From: Edaphobacter aggregans
GTDB lineage: Bacteria > Acidobacteriota > Terriglobia > Terriglobales > Acidobacteriaceae
Direction: 5' to 3'
NCBI RefSeq assembly: GCF_003945235.1
Contig: NZ_RSDW01000001.1
Location: forward strand, 2,670,001 to 2,702,000
DNA: 32,000 nucleotides
Shown: positions 6,960 to 15,522 of the stretch, in pieces
Layout: every line of letters starts with the position of its first letter
Numbering within the stretch: position 1 is the stretch's first letter
Program-made: the position numbers and the translations under genes
Notes under the pieces: generated by a model
The model's input: the letters and a program-made list of their open reading frames with translations, nothing else
The model's database searches: none
Told to the model about the DNA's origin: nothing

Positions 6960-9563
6960 CTAGAAAAGCCGTTCCGCCTTGCGCAGATTTCCCGCCGTTC
7001 CAATATTCACCAACGTGAAATTGAAGCGCTCCACGCTCTCGTTTCGTACTGCCCCGAGCTCGTACTTTCGATACTCCACGCTGAACCCGCAGCAATCCCA
7101 GTTATAGGAGAACTGCAGCGCCGCATACTGCAACGAGCTTAGGCGTAAATCGAGCCCAGCATTTGCCGCAACACTCAGCCCGCTCTTCGTCGGAGATCCA
7201 TATCCCAGCAAAATGCGCATCTGGTTGAAGTTCGACACCGACGAGCTGACCCCCTCCGTGTAGAACCGCCCAGGCGCGTTCAGCCGCGCGTAGCTCAACC
7301 CGGCAAAGGTATTCCCCTCGTGCAAGTCAACCAGCACATTGTTAGACGTAAACTTCTTCGCTCCGGTATCCAGATCGAAGTCCCATTCCGCGTCCAGCTT
7401 GTCCGACGGATGCACCCGCAACCGCGAAATCAGCGGTGAGATCTCCCTCGGCTCAGTAAGAAACGCTATTCCCGAAAGCGCCAGCGTCGTATCGAAGATG
7501 TTGCGCCGGCCATCGATTATCGCCCCACCAAACGAGCTATCGAAAAAGTACTTCTGCGTAAGCCGCCAACTGATCAACTCACGCCCGCCGCACCCGGTTG
7601 AAGCCGGCTCCCCACTCATATCTGCATCGCCATACTCCTGCACGTCGGCTTCCGTCGTCTTGCATGGTTTGCTCTGTGGCCGGCGCACGAACAACCGTTG
7701 CGTCGTCCCATACTCCAATTCATTCGTATTGCTTACAACGTCCACATCGTCAAAGCGCAATACCTTCAGGAAGTCCGTGCCCACGCCCGAAACATAGCGA
7801 TACGTCACCTCCGGCTCGATCGTATGCCTCACCTCCGAACCAAAGAGCTTCTCCACCAGCTTCGAATCGAATGTTCGCTCCAATACCGGAGCGCGTGCCT
7901 CAAATCCCAGCTCCACGTCTGCGCGATTCACCGCCTCGCCGCTCTCCATGGGAACGCCCGGAGTATATGGCGTCACACGGCTGCGGCTGTAGATCGTCTC
8001 GCGCACCCCAATCGAAGGCCGGAAGCGCCATCCATCCGCCGACAGCGGCAGTGCCAGCTCCGGATGCAGATCGAACCGGTTCGTCAGACCCGCGGTGGCA
8101 AAATTCGGCTGTACCCGCTTCAAGCCGGCAACCGAGCTCTCCACATTCCACTGTAGGGGTGTCGTACCCAGCCTGTGCTCTGTCGTCGCCAGATCCAGCG
8201 ACGGCGCATGGAAGATCCTGACCTGCTCCTCAGGCGTCGTGGTCGTAGCCGCCGCCTTCAACCCTTGGTACCGGTCCGTGCGCACAGCGGCCATATATCC
8301 ATCCGTCTGATGCACTCCATAGACGATGGAGAGAATGTCTGTCGAGACCGCCTGATTGAAGTTCTCCGTAAACGCCTGCCGGTAGGCATATGAGCTCAGA
8401 TACTCCGCATTCGCCACCACACGCGTCTCCGGCGAAAAATCATACCTCCCGGCGAATGTCGCATCCTCGCCACCCTGGTTCACATACTGTCCTGCACTGT
8501 TGAAGTAGCCGCGATCCAGCAATCCGTTGTAGTGCGCCTTTGCAAAGTTGGTGCCCAGCCCGCGATACCGGTACGTCCCTGATTGTTCCCACCCACGCCG
8601 CGAGAAATACTGTGCTCCCACCGTCAAGTCCGAGCTACGGTTGATTGCCCAATAAAATTGCTCGCCAAGAACCAGACCCTTAGTCGACGAATTACTTATC
8701 TCAGGAATCAGAATGCCGCTCTGCCGCTCACTCGTATCCACAGGATGTGTCACATAGGGCAAATACATCAAAGGCACATTAAGCAACCGGAAAACACTGT
8801 GGGTCGCGCGTGCCTTGTCACTACCCACACTGAACTTCCCCGCATAAAGCAGCCAATCGGGATGCGGCAGCTGGCACGACGTGACCGTGCCGTCATAGAC
8901 CTCATACTCCTGCGGCCCTGTCTTCACCACCAGGCGACCCGTAAACAGAAACGGATTGCTGTTCGTATACACCACCGTCTTTCGATCGATGGTCTTTCGT
9001 CCCACCGACCCCGTCACATCGTAGAACCGCCCCGTCTGCGTCCTCAGATTCATCGTCCCATGGCTGGCAGTGATGATCTCGTTGTTCGCGCCGCCGGTCG
9101 CCTTCAAGTGCCCGGTCGCCGTCAGTTCGCCGGTCTCCTCGTCGTACTCGATATGATCGGCCTCCACCCGCCGATCACGAAACGTCACCACAACATTGCC
9201 GTCCAAGACCAACCGGCTGCCCAGCCTCGACTGCGTATCAGCCTCGGTCACCAGCGTCGTCGTGCCTTCGAGCGCAGGCAGCACCACAGCCTCGGGATAC
9301 TTCGCCTGAAACTGTCCCGCATCCGGCCCGTCCGGCAGAGCGACCGCACTCCCCACCTCAGGGGTTGCCTGATTCGACACCTCCTGCGCATCCAACTGTG
9401 GATGACTTGCCGCAACCACCATGATAGTTATCAAGAGGTAAACGGTCTTAAGGGAGCCGAAGGCGCGATTCCAGCGCTGAGTTAGACCACGCGAGACCGG
9501 CCAGCGTTGCCGTTGGGCTCTCACATCCTGTTGCTTCGGTTCGAGGCTTGTCAGAAGTACCAC
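6960..9563 (-). CDS. lptD: LPS-assembly outer membrane protein LptD (OstA family)
   Basis: 867-aa ORF. An OstA-like N-terminal jellyroll segment (LVLDGNVVVTFRDRRVEADHIEYDEETGELTATGHLKATGG) is followed by a long beta-barrel-like sequence ending in F. An adjacent Cys pair (NWDCCGF) lies near the C-terminus. The exact start is uncertain. Confidence 0.85.
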   Translation of the reverse strand: MVLLTSLEPKQQDVRAQRQRWPVSRGLTQRWNRAFGSLKTVYLLITIMVVAASHPQLDAQEVSNQATPEVGSAVALPDGPDAGQFQAKYPEAVVLPALEGTTTLVTEADTQSRLGSRLVLDGNVVVTFRDRRVEADHIEYDEETGELTATGHLKATGGANNEIITASHGTMNLRTQTGRFYDVTGSVGRKTIDRKTVVYTNSNPFLFTGRLVVKTGPQEYEVYDGTVTSCQLPHPDWLLYAGKFSVGSDKARATHSVFRLLNVPLMYLPYVTHPVDTSERQSGILIPEISNSSTKGLVLGEQFYWAINRSSDLTVGAQYFSRRGWEQSGTYRYRGLGTNFAKAHYNGLLDRGYFNSAGQYVNQGGEDATFAGRYDFSPETRVVANAEYLSSYAYRQAFTENFNQAVSTDILSIVYGVHQTDGYMAAVRTDRYQGLKAAATTTTPEEQVRIFHAPSLDLATTEHRLGTTPLQWNVESSVAGLKRVQPNFATAGLTNRFDLHPELALPLSADGWRFRPSIGVRETIYSRSRVTPYTPGVPMESGEAVNRADVELGFEARAPVLERTFDSKLVEKLFGSEVRHTIEPEVTYRYVSGVGTDFLKVLRFDDVDVVSNTNELEYGTTQRLFVRRPQSKPCKTTEADVQEYGDADMSGEPASTGCGGRELISWRLTQKYFFDSSFGGAIIDGRRNIFDTTLALSGIAFLTEPREISPLISRLRVHPSDKLDAEWDFDLDTGAKKFTSNNVLVDLHEGNTFAGLSYARLNAPGRFYTEGVSSSVSNFNQMRILLGYGSPTKSGLSVAANAGLDLRLSSLQYAALQFSYNWDCCGFSVEYRKYELGAVRNESVERFNFTLVNIGTAGNLRKAERLF

Positions 9564-9611
9564 CCTTTGAGGCTAAACGATTTCACGGAAGCGAGTTTAG
9601 GTTTGAGCACC

Positions 9612-10988
9612 ATGAGTTCCGCACAACTGGACATACTCCCACCAGACGAAGCTCCCAGCCAGATGGAAGCAGCTGCCCCCTTCGCCCTCAAGGAGCAGGT
9701 AGCCGAACGTCTCGCCGCTCACCGCGCCCGCCGCACCCGTGTCTCCGGCAGCGCTCCCACACCGATCGCCCCCACCACTCCCGCCCGATCCCGTTCCGCC
9801 CAAATCGCCGCAGCCGTCGCCGAGCGCTACGCCCAGTCCCAAAGCTACCGTGCTTTCCTCGCTGAAGAGGCCGAGCGCGCCATCCGCCAGGCCGAGGCAG
9901 CCGCCGAGATCGCAGTCCTCAACGCCCGAGCCGTCGCCGACGCCCAGAACCAGCTCCTCTTCGAACTCGACCAGCTCGCCTCCGAAACCCCGGCTCCGGC
10001 TCCGACACTCGTCTTAACTCCCACCCCCACGCCCGAAACCGCACTCGCAGCGTCGCCCCTCATCACCGAGGCACCCGCCGACACCTCTGCCCCTGTCCTT
10101 ACCGTCCGCCTCTACGAAGACGCGGCCCACCCCATCGTTCCCGAACCCTTCGCCGTCGCCCGCCCCAAGCCTGAGTTCAAGTCCGAGCCACTCGACGAAG
10201 CCGAAGACCTCGCCCTCGACGAAGAGATCGCCTTCCGTCAGTCTCCCGTCTTCGAACCAACGACTCCACCCATCGACATCCCCGCCAATCTCATCGAATT
10301 CCCTCGCCAGCTCGTCGCCCCCCGCAAGGCCCGTCCGCGACTCGCCGAAGGCCCCCTGCGCGAAGAGGCGACACACACACACAACCCCGCCCAACTCCGC
10401 ATCTTCGAGGTCGAACCCACTCAGATCTCCGCCGCTCCCGTCGTCGAATCCGCCGCCCCCGAGTGGTCCTCCATCATGCTCGGCGCCCTCCCCGCTGCGG
10501 CCCCCGTCGAGACCCCCGAGGCCCCCTTCAACCCGGTCCTTCCCTTGATGACCGCTCCGCTCCGTCTCCGCCTCATGGCCGCCATTACTGACATCTGCAT
10601 CGTCACGGCTGGCCTGCTCGCCTTCATCACCACCTTCGCTCTCACCGCAGGCAAGCTCCTCGAAAAATTCCCGGCCGCCAACCCCTCCGGCCACATGCCC
10701 ACGCAGCTTGCTGCCATCGCGGCCCTTGCCACCTTCGCGTTCCTTTACATCCTCTACCAGGTCCTCTTCTTCACCTTCGCCGAAGCCACCCCCGGCATGC
10801 GCTTCGCCCGCATCGGCCTCTGCACCTTCTCCGACGAGAACCCCACCCGCGCTGCCCTGCGGCGCCGCCTCTTCGCCTGCCTGCTCTCAGCCTGCCCTCT
10901 CGGCCTGGGCTTTCTATGGGCCTTCCTCGACGACGACCGCCTCGGCTGGCACGATCGTATCTCCCGGATCTACCAGCGCAGCTATTAG
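9612..10988 (+). CDS. RDD family membrane protein with long Pro/Ala-rich N-terminal extension
   Basis: The C-terminal block ATPGMRFARIGL...LGFLWAFLDDDRLGWHDRISRIY is RDD-domain-like, with TM segments. I prefer ATG 9612 (MSSAQLD) over the track start 9507, which would overlap the divergent lptD 5' end. Confidence 0.7.
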   Translation: MSSAQLDILPPDEAPSQMEAAAPFALKEQVAERLAAHRARRTRVSGSAPTPIAPTTPARSRSAQIAAAVAERYAQSQSYRAFLAEEAERAIRQAEAAAEIAVLNARAVADAQNQLLFELDQLASETPAPAPTLVLTPTPTPETALAASPLITEAPADTSAPVLTVRLYEDAAHPIVPEPFAVARPKPEFKSEPLDEAEDLALDEEIAFRQSPVFEPTTPPIDIPANLIEFPRQLVAPRKARPRLAEGPLREEATHTHNPAQLRIFEVEPTQISAAPVVESAAPEWSSIMLGALPAAAPVETPEAPFNPVLPLMTAPLRLRLMAAITDICIVTAGLLAFITTFALTAGKLLEKFPAANPSGHMPTQLAAIAALATFAFLYILYQVLFFTFAEATPGMRFARIGLCTFSDENPTRAALRRRLFACLLSACPLGLGFLWAFLDDDRLGWHDRISRIYQRSY

Positions 10989-11049
10989 CCCCACTTCTCC
11001 AACCGCCCTACCATTACACCTTTTCATCCCATCACACCTGCAATCGCGA

Positions 11050-11097
11050 TTGTTCTTGCGGTTGCTGTTGTTCTTGCAGTTGTCCTTCTGGTTGTCA
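11050..11097. repeat. hexamer-phased TTGNNN tract (8 units)
   Basis: The units read ttgttc ttgcgg ttgctg ttgttc ttgcag ttgtcc ttctgg ttgtca. The 12-mer ttgttcttgc(g/a)g occurs twice. The tract follows directly on the 12-bp perfect palindrome caatcgcgattg (11041-11052). Confidence 0.6.
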
Positions 11098-11248
11098 TCC
11101 CGTAGGGATCTGCTTTAACCGTGCTCTCTCGACATGGCAAGAAGCAGTTGTCCCCACCCTTTCCTTCCATCCGCGAAGATCCATGGCTACACGCCCTAAA
11201 ATCGGTGCCGTCGGTGCAAATCGGTGTTAAGTTTTTTATCAATCAGGC

Positions 11249-11279
11249 AAAAAGAAAAGGACCCGCCAAAGCAGGTCCC
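11249..11279 (-). terminator. rho-independent terminator of bamA
   Basis: The minus strand reads GGACCUGC-UUUG-GCGGGUCC followed by UUUUCUUUUU. It starts about 22 nt after the bamA stop (11301-11303). Confidence 0.8.
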
Positions 11280-11300
11280 TTCTCAAACCATGACCTCCTG

Positions 11301-14249
11301 TTAGAACGTCGTGCTGACCGTCAACCGGAACGTCTTGCGCGGTTCACGCAGGACATAATCCGCGCCGTAGAGCTGTATAGCCTCTTGATACGTGAACTCA
11401 CCAGCACCCGAGGTTGGGAAGAAGTTCCGGAACGTCGTCGCATCAGTCGCCAGCGCCTGCGGAACACTCTTGTACAACCGTAGCGAGTTGTACGCGTAGT
11501 AAATCCGGAACGGCGCATTCACGATCGGCAGAATCACCTGCAACTCAGCACCGTTCGACATGCGCGGAACCCAATTGGTTCCCGGCACCGTTCTCAGAGG
11601 CTGCGGGAAGGAAACCGACTGACCGCCGAAGCAGGCTCCATTGATGAACTGCGGGCAGCCATACAGCGGACTCGCGATCTGCGCCTGTCCAGCCACGCTC
11701 TGGCGCAGCTGATTCGGAAGCAGATTGGCCGTCAAGTTGAAGTCCGTGAAGAACGCAAACGTCACCTGGTTCACAATCGGAATTCTGTACTCCACGTTCG
11801 ACGTCAAGCTCGTGTCGCCGCCGATCGAGACCAGTCGGTAGAGAGGCAGAGGAATCTGCACATTACCTAGCGCCGGATTCGTCGGGTCGCGCGGAACTGT
11901 CGTCCCATCCGGGTTCGTCAGGTTGAACAACACCTTGTTCGGAATGAAAGTGTAAGGCGACGCAGAACGCACATCGAAGCCACGAATATCCGACTCACCA
12001 CCACCGTAAATACGTTGCATCGGCGGAGCGACCTCGCCCCCGAAGCCCGCAATATGCAGCACCTGGACGCGATATCCGAGCACATTGTGGCCCTCACGGT
12101 TTACCCGCAGTCCCTTCATCGGGTAGAACTGGCGGAAGCTCACCGCTGGCGAGACATACTTCACATCTCCAGCCACACCCGCAAGCTGAACCGCAACGTT
12201 CAGGTCCTTGCCGCTATGCGGACCAACCGGACGATCGATGCTCGTGAACGAAAAGCTCGGCGTAAGCACTGAGCTGATGATGCCGTTCAGCTGATTCAGC
12301 CCAGCCACGCCCGAGCGGAACGCCAGCGTCTGGAAGATATTGCGCGTATTGTCGTTGAACGTCGTCACCGACGACCGCGACAGTGCATACGAGACACCGA
12401 CTCTGGTGACGCCCGTGTGAGCAAACAGGTGTCGCAGCGGTGTGCTCGCCGACAGCGTAATTCCAGTCGTCGAGGTGTTGTAGTTCGTCAGCAGCGAATT
12501 CTGCGCGTTCGTCAGGTTTTCGCTCTGGCCTTGTGCAATCGAGTATGCCTTGGCCGGGTTGTAGTCGTACTTGCTGGTGAATACCTGCACGCCCAGCGAG
12601 ATCGGCTTGTTCCGCAGATAAGGCTGCGTAAACCCGAACGTCAGTCTCCGTGACAAGTCACCGATATTCGCCTCAACAGACAGCGTCTCGCCCAGACCAA
12701 GGAAGTTGTTCGTCTCATAGTTCAAGCCGATAAACGTTCCCTGCAATCCGCTGATACCGCCGTTCAAGCCGATCGAATTCTTGCCCTTTTCCTTCAGCTT
12801 CAGCAGCAGGTCGACCGTCTGATCTTCCGCATTCTGCCGGCTCTCCGAGTCCTGATCAACCTTCAGCGGTTCAAAGTAGTTCAGCTGATTCAACCGCAGG
12901 ATCGATAGCTCCCACAGCCGGCTGTTATAGATCTGGCCCTCGTCGAGCAGCAGCTCGCGCCGGATTACCTTATCGCGCGTAATCGTATTGCCCGTAAACT
13001 CGATGCGCGAGACATAGAACGGCTTGCCCTCGTCAATATCGATATCCAGGAAGATCAGCTTCTTCGCTTCATCGATGCGCGGCGTTGGCGTTCCCACGAA
13101 GTTGATAAAACCGCCTTCGCCGTATGCCTTCCGCAACTGCTCCAGACCCTTGCTGAACATTGTCGCGTTGAAGAACTCGCCGTCCTTCTGCGCGAACTGC
13201 GCCCGCAGCGCCTTGGTATTCGGATAGTGGACATTACCCTTGAACGTGATGCCGCCGAGCCTGTACCGGTCACCCTCTTCTACCGGCATCAGAATGTCGA
13301 TCCGCTTGCCCCGCGAAGGACGCAGCGTAAACGGATTGATCCCGCCCGCATCGCGCACATGCGTCGTCGGCTCGCTCGTCAGCGCCTTGAAGTATCCACG
13401 GTCGCGATACGCCTGCCGAACCCGTTCCGTATCTTCATCCAATTTGCTCGAATCAAACGTGCGCGCAAACAGGTTCTCGAAGATGATCGAGCGCGGAATC
13501 CCAATAGGCCGCAAATTCTTCATCGCACTGCGCAGCGTCCGGTCGCTGACGTTGTAGTTGCCATCGAAGGCAATCTTGCCCACCTTCACCGTAGGCCCTT
13601 CTTTCACCGTGAAGGTGATAGCTACAGCCGCTGGCGGAATTGTCTTAACCTCGGTCTTGACTGTGGCGAACTGGTGCCCATGCTCAGCCAGCAACTCCTT
13701 CAGCACCACCTCGGCCCGCTTGACCTTGGTCGGGTCGTACTGGCTCTCGACCGAAAGCCCCACCTTTTCCTTCTTCATCCGCTCCAGAATGTCCGACTGC
13801 GAGACCGCATTCACGCCCTTGTAGTTGATCTCGCGGATCGTCGGCTTCTCACGAACATAAACGATCAACTGCACGCACTCGGGTTTATCCACCCGCTCAA
13901 TACGCACATCGTCGAAATATCCCGTGTTCCACAACGAGTTGAAGTCGCGCTCAACAACCAGCGGATCGTACAGATCGCCCTGGTGCGAGAACATACGCGC
14001 AAGGATCGACTCCTTGGGAATCCTGCGGTTTGCCACGACCTGAGGCTGGCAAAGCGTCTGAGCCCCTCCCGGAGGGAGCGGAGCCTGAGCCGGAACCGCT
14101 TGACCCAACATCGAAGGAACCCCAGCAACAGCAAGGAAAACAATGGACGCGGCAAAAGCGATGCGGGAGCGGCTGGAGCGCGTGCACACAGGTTTGGTCT
14201 TTCTCTTCAGGGAGCTTCCGCTCTCTCGATTCACGGTAAAGATACGCAC
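11301..14249 (-). CDS. bamA: outer membrane protein assembly factor BamA
   Basis: 982-aa ORF with a signal-like IAFAASIVFLAVAGVPSMLGQA. It has repeated POTRA-like modules (e.g. VRIERVDKPECVQLIVYVREKPTIREINYKG and GKIAFDGN, ITFKGN, IEFTGN). A C-terminal beta-barrel ends in TTF. Confidence 0.9.
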   Translation of the reverse strand: MRIFTVNRESGSSLKRKTKPVCTRSSRSRIAFAASIVFLAVAGVPSMLGQAVPAQAPLPPGGAQTLCQPQVVANRRIPKESILARMFSHQGDLYDPLVVERDFNSLWNTGYFDDVRIERVDKPECVQLIVYVREKPTIREINYKGVNAVSQSDILERMKKEKVGLSVESQYDPTKVKRAEVVLKELLAEHGHQFATVKTEVKTIPPAAVAITFTVKEGPTVKVGKIAFDGNYNVSDRTLRSAMKNLRPIGIPRSIIFENLFARTFDSSKLDEDTERVRQAYRDRGYFKALTSEPTTHVRDAGGINPFTLRPSRGKRIDILMPVEEGDRYRLGGITFKGNVHYPNTKALRAQFAQKDGEFFNATMFSKGLEQLRKAYGEGGFINFVGTPTPRIDEAKKLIFLDIDIDEGKPFYVSRIEFTGNTITRDKVIRRELLLDEGQIYNSRLWELSILRLNQLNYFEPLKVDQDSESRQNAEDQTVDLLLKLKEKGKNSIGLNGGISGLQGTFIGLNYETNNFLGLGETLSVEANIGDLSRRLTFGFTQPYLRNKPISLGVQVFTSKYDYNPAKAYSIAQGQSENLTNAQNSLLTNYNTSTTGITLSASTPLRHLFAHTGVTRVGVSYALSRSSVTTFNDNTRNIFQTLAFRSGVAGLNQLNGIISSVLTPSFSFTSIDRPVGPHSGKDLNVAVQLAGVAGDVKYVSPAVSFRQFYPMKGLRVNREGHNVLGYRVQVLHIAGFGGEVAPPMQRIYGGGESDIRGFDVRSASPYTFIPNKVLFNLTNPDGTTVPRDPTNPALGNVQIPLPLYRLVSIGGDTSLTSNVEYRIPIVNQVTFAFFTDFNLTANLLPNQLRQSVAGQAQIASPLYGCPQFINGACFGGQSVSFPQPLRTVPGTNWVPRMSNGAELQVILPIVNAPFRIYYAYNSLRLYKSVPQALATDATTFRNFFPTSGAGEFTYQEAIQLYGADYVLREPRKTFRLTVSTTF

Positions 14250-14423
14250 ACCCTCACTGCTCTAAATATCGCACCCCGCCGGTTCCTGTAGGGGGAGTCT
14301 CGATTATATGGGAGCGTACCCGTCGTTAGCGAGTTCTACCCGGGTTCCGCCCCCGGTCAAGCCCAGCCAAAATACCAGATCACGCCAATTCACGCTGAAA
14401 AGCGACCCATTCTGTAGCGATTT

Positions 14424-15398
14424 TTACTTCACCGCCCTACCCGCAAGCACACCGGCAAAAACGGCACTATCCACATTGCCCCCGGTCAGCACGGTCCCAA
14501 CGCGGCGTCCGCCGGCCCCGCGATCCCTCAGCAACCCCGCCAATCCGATCGCCCCGGCACCCTCCGCGACATTGTGTGTATCGGCAAAATAGATCCGCAT
14601 CGCCTCCTCTACTTCATCGTCATTCACCTCGATGATGCGCTCCAGTCCCGCCCGAAAGACAGCAACCGCCGTCTCATCCGGTCGTCTGCACGAAACCCCA
14701 TCCGCAATCCGCGTCGACACCGCATGTTCCACCACCTTCCCTGCTGCAAACGACAGCGCAGACGCCGGAGCCAGCGTCGAAGTCACCCCCACGATCTTCG
14801 TCTTCAACCCCAACGCATCCCGTACCGCAATCATCCCGCTGATCCCCGACCCCATCCCGATCGGCACATAAACCGTATCCAGCTCCGGACACGTCGAAAG
14901 AAACTCCAGCGCATACGTCGCTACGCCCGTCGCCAGCAGTCGGTGATAGCTCGGAACCCAGTGCCACCCATTCTCCTTCTCAAGCCTCACGGCATGCTCC
15001 AGCGCGGCTTGAAAATCCTCGCCATGCACCACCAGCTCAGCCCCCAGCGTCTGCATCGCCCTATTCTTCTCCTCGCTATTCCCCTGCGGAACCACAATCA
15101 CCGCGCGAATCCCACTCTTCGCCGCGGCCAGCGCAATCGACTGCCCATGATTCCCCCGTGTAGCCGACACCACCGTCGTCACCTCAGGCCGCGCCCGCCT
15201 GAGCCAGTCCATATACACCAGCCCACCGCGAAGCTTGAACGCCCCCACCGGCGCATGGTTCTCGTGCTTCACCCAGACCTCAGCGCCAGCTCGCTCATTA
15301 ATGAGCGGCCACGAGTACTGAGGCGTCGCAGGCATAGTCCGATATACCAACTCCGCGGCCCGCTGAATCTCCTTCAACCCCGGCAACCCATCCATCAT
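14424..15398 (-). CDS. PLP-dependent threonine/serine dehydratase family protein
   Basis: PLP-lysine motif GAFKLRGG, SATRGNHGQS, and glycine-rich GMGSGISG. I place the start at ATG 15398 (MMDGLPG) because AAGGAG (15410-15405) lies 6 nt upstream. The track start at 15431 is a TTG. Confidence 0.8.
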   Translation of the reverse strand: MMDGLPGLKEIQRAAELVYRTMPATPQYSWPLINERAGAEVWVKHENHAPVGAFKLRGGLVYMDWLRRARPEVTTVVSATRGNHGQSIALAAAKSGIRAVIVVPQGNSEEKNRAMQTLGAELVVHGEDFQAALEHAVRLEKENGWHWVPSYHRLLATGVATYALEFLSTCPELDTVYVPIGMGSGISGMIAVRDALGLKTKIVGVTSTLAPASALSFAAGKVVEHAVSTRIADGVSCRRPDETAVAVFRAGLERIIEVNDDEVEEAMRIYFADTHNVAEGAGAIGLAGLLRDRGAGGRRVGTVLTGGNVDSAVFAGVLAGRAVK

Positions 15399-15522
15399 CA
15401 CGCACTCCTTCAGCTTTATCGTAAGTAGCAATCTGATGCCGCAGCCAAAGACGCAGCTTCACCAACTCGTCACTCATTTTTTAAATTATCGATTCGAAGC
15501 ATCCAGACAGGGCAGCGTCGCG

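Noticed and set aside
9507-9611. Upstream start (9507) given by the ORF track for the RDD gene.
   Set aside because: It would overlap the divergent lptD coding region (to 9563). The extra 35 aa (MPLGSHILLLRFEACQKYHP...) look non-native. ATG 9612 is preferred, but this is unproven.
10371-10383. (AC)6 dinucleotide repeat as a possible phase-variation switch.
   Set aside because: It is short, lies in frame within a low-complexity coding region (ATHTHN), and has no supporting evidence such as a contingency-locus context.
11024-11098. Thr-rich 24-codon mini-ORF on the minus strand (MTTRRTTARTTATARTIAIAGVMG), reminiscent of a thr-operon leader peptide.
   Set aside because: No minus-strand gene lies downstream for it to regulate, since the next sequence is the 3' end of the plus-strand RDD gene. 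There is no Shine-Dalgarno. The Thr codons are a by-product of the TTGNNN/ACA-rich repeat.
14303-14308. Perfect TATAAT on the minus strand 54 nt upstream of the bamA start, considered as the bamA promoter.
   Set aside because: No acceptable -35 element lies at 16-18 bp (CGCTAA/GCTAAC). A lone hexamer is not sufficient support for a feature call.
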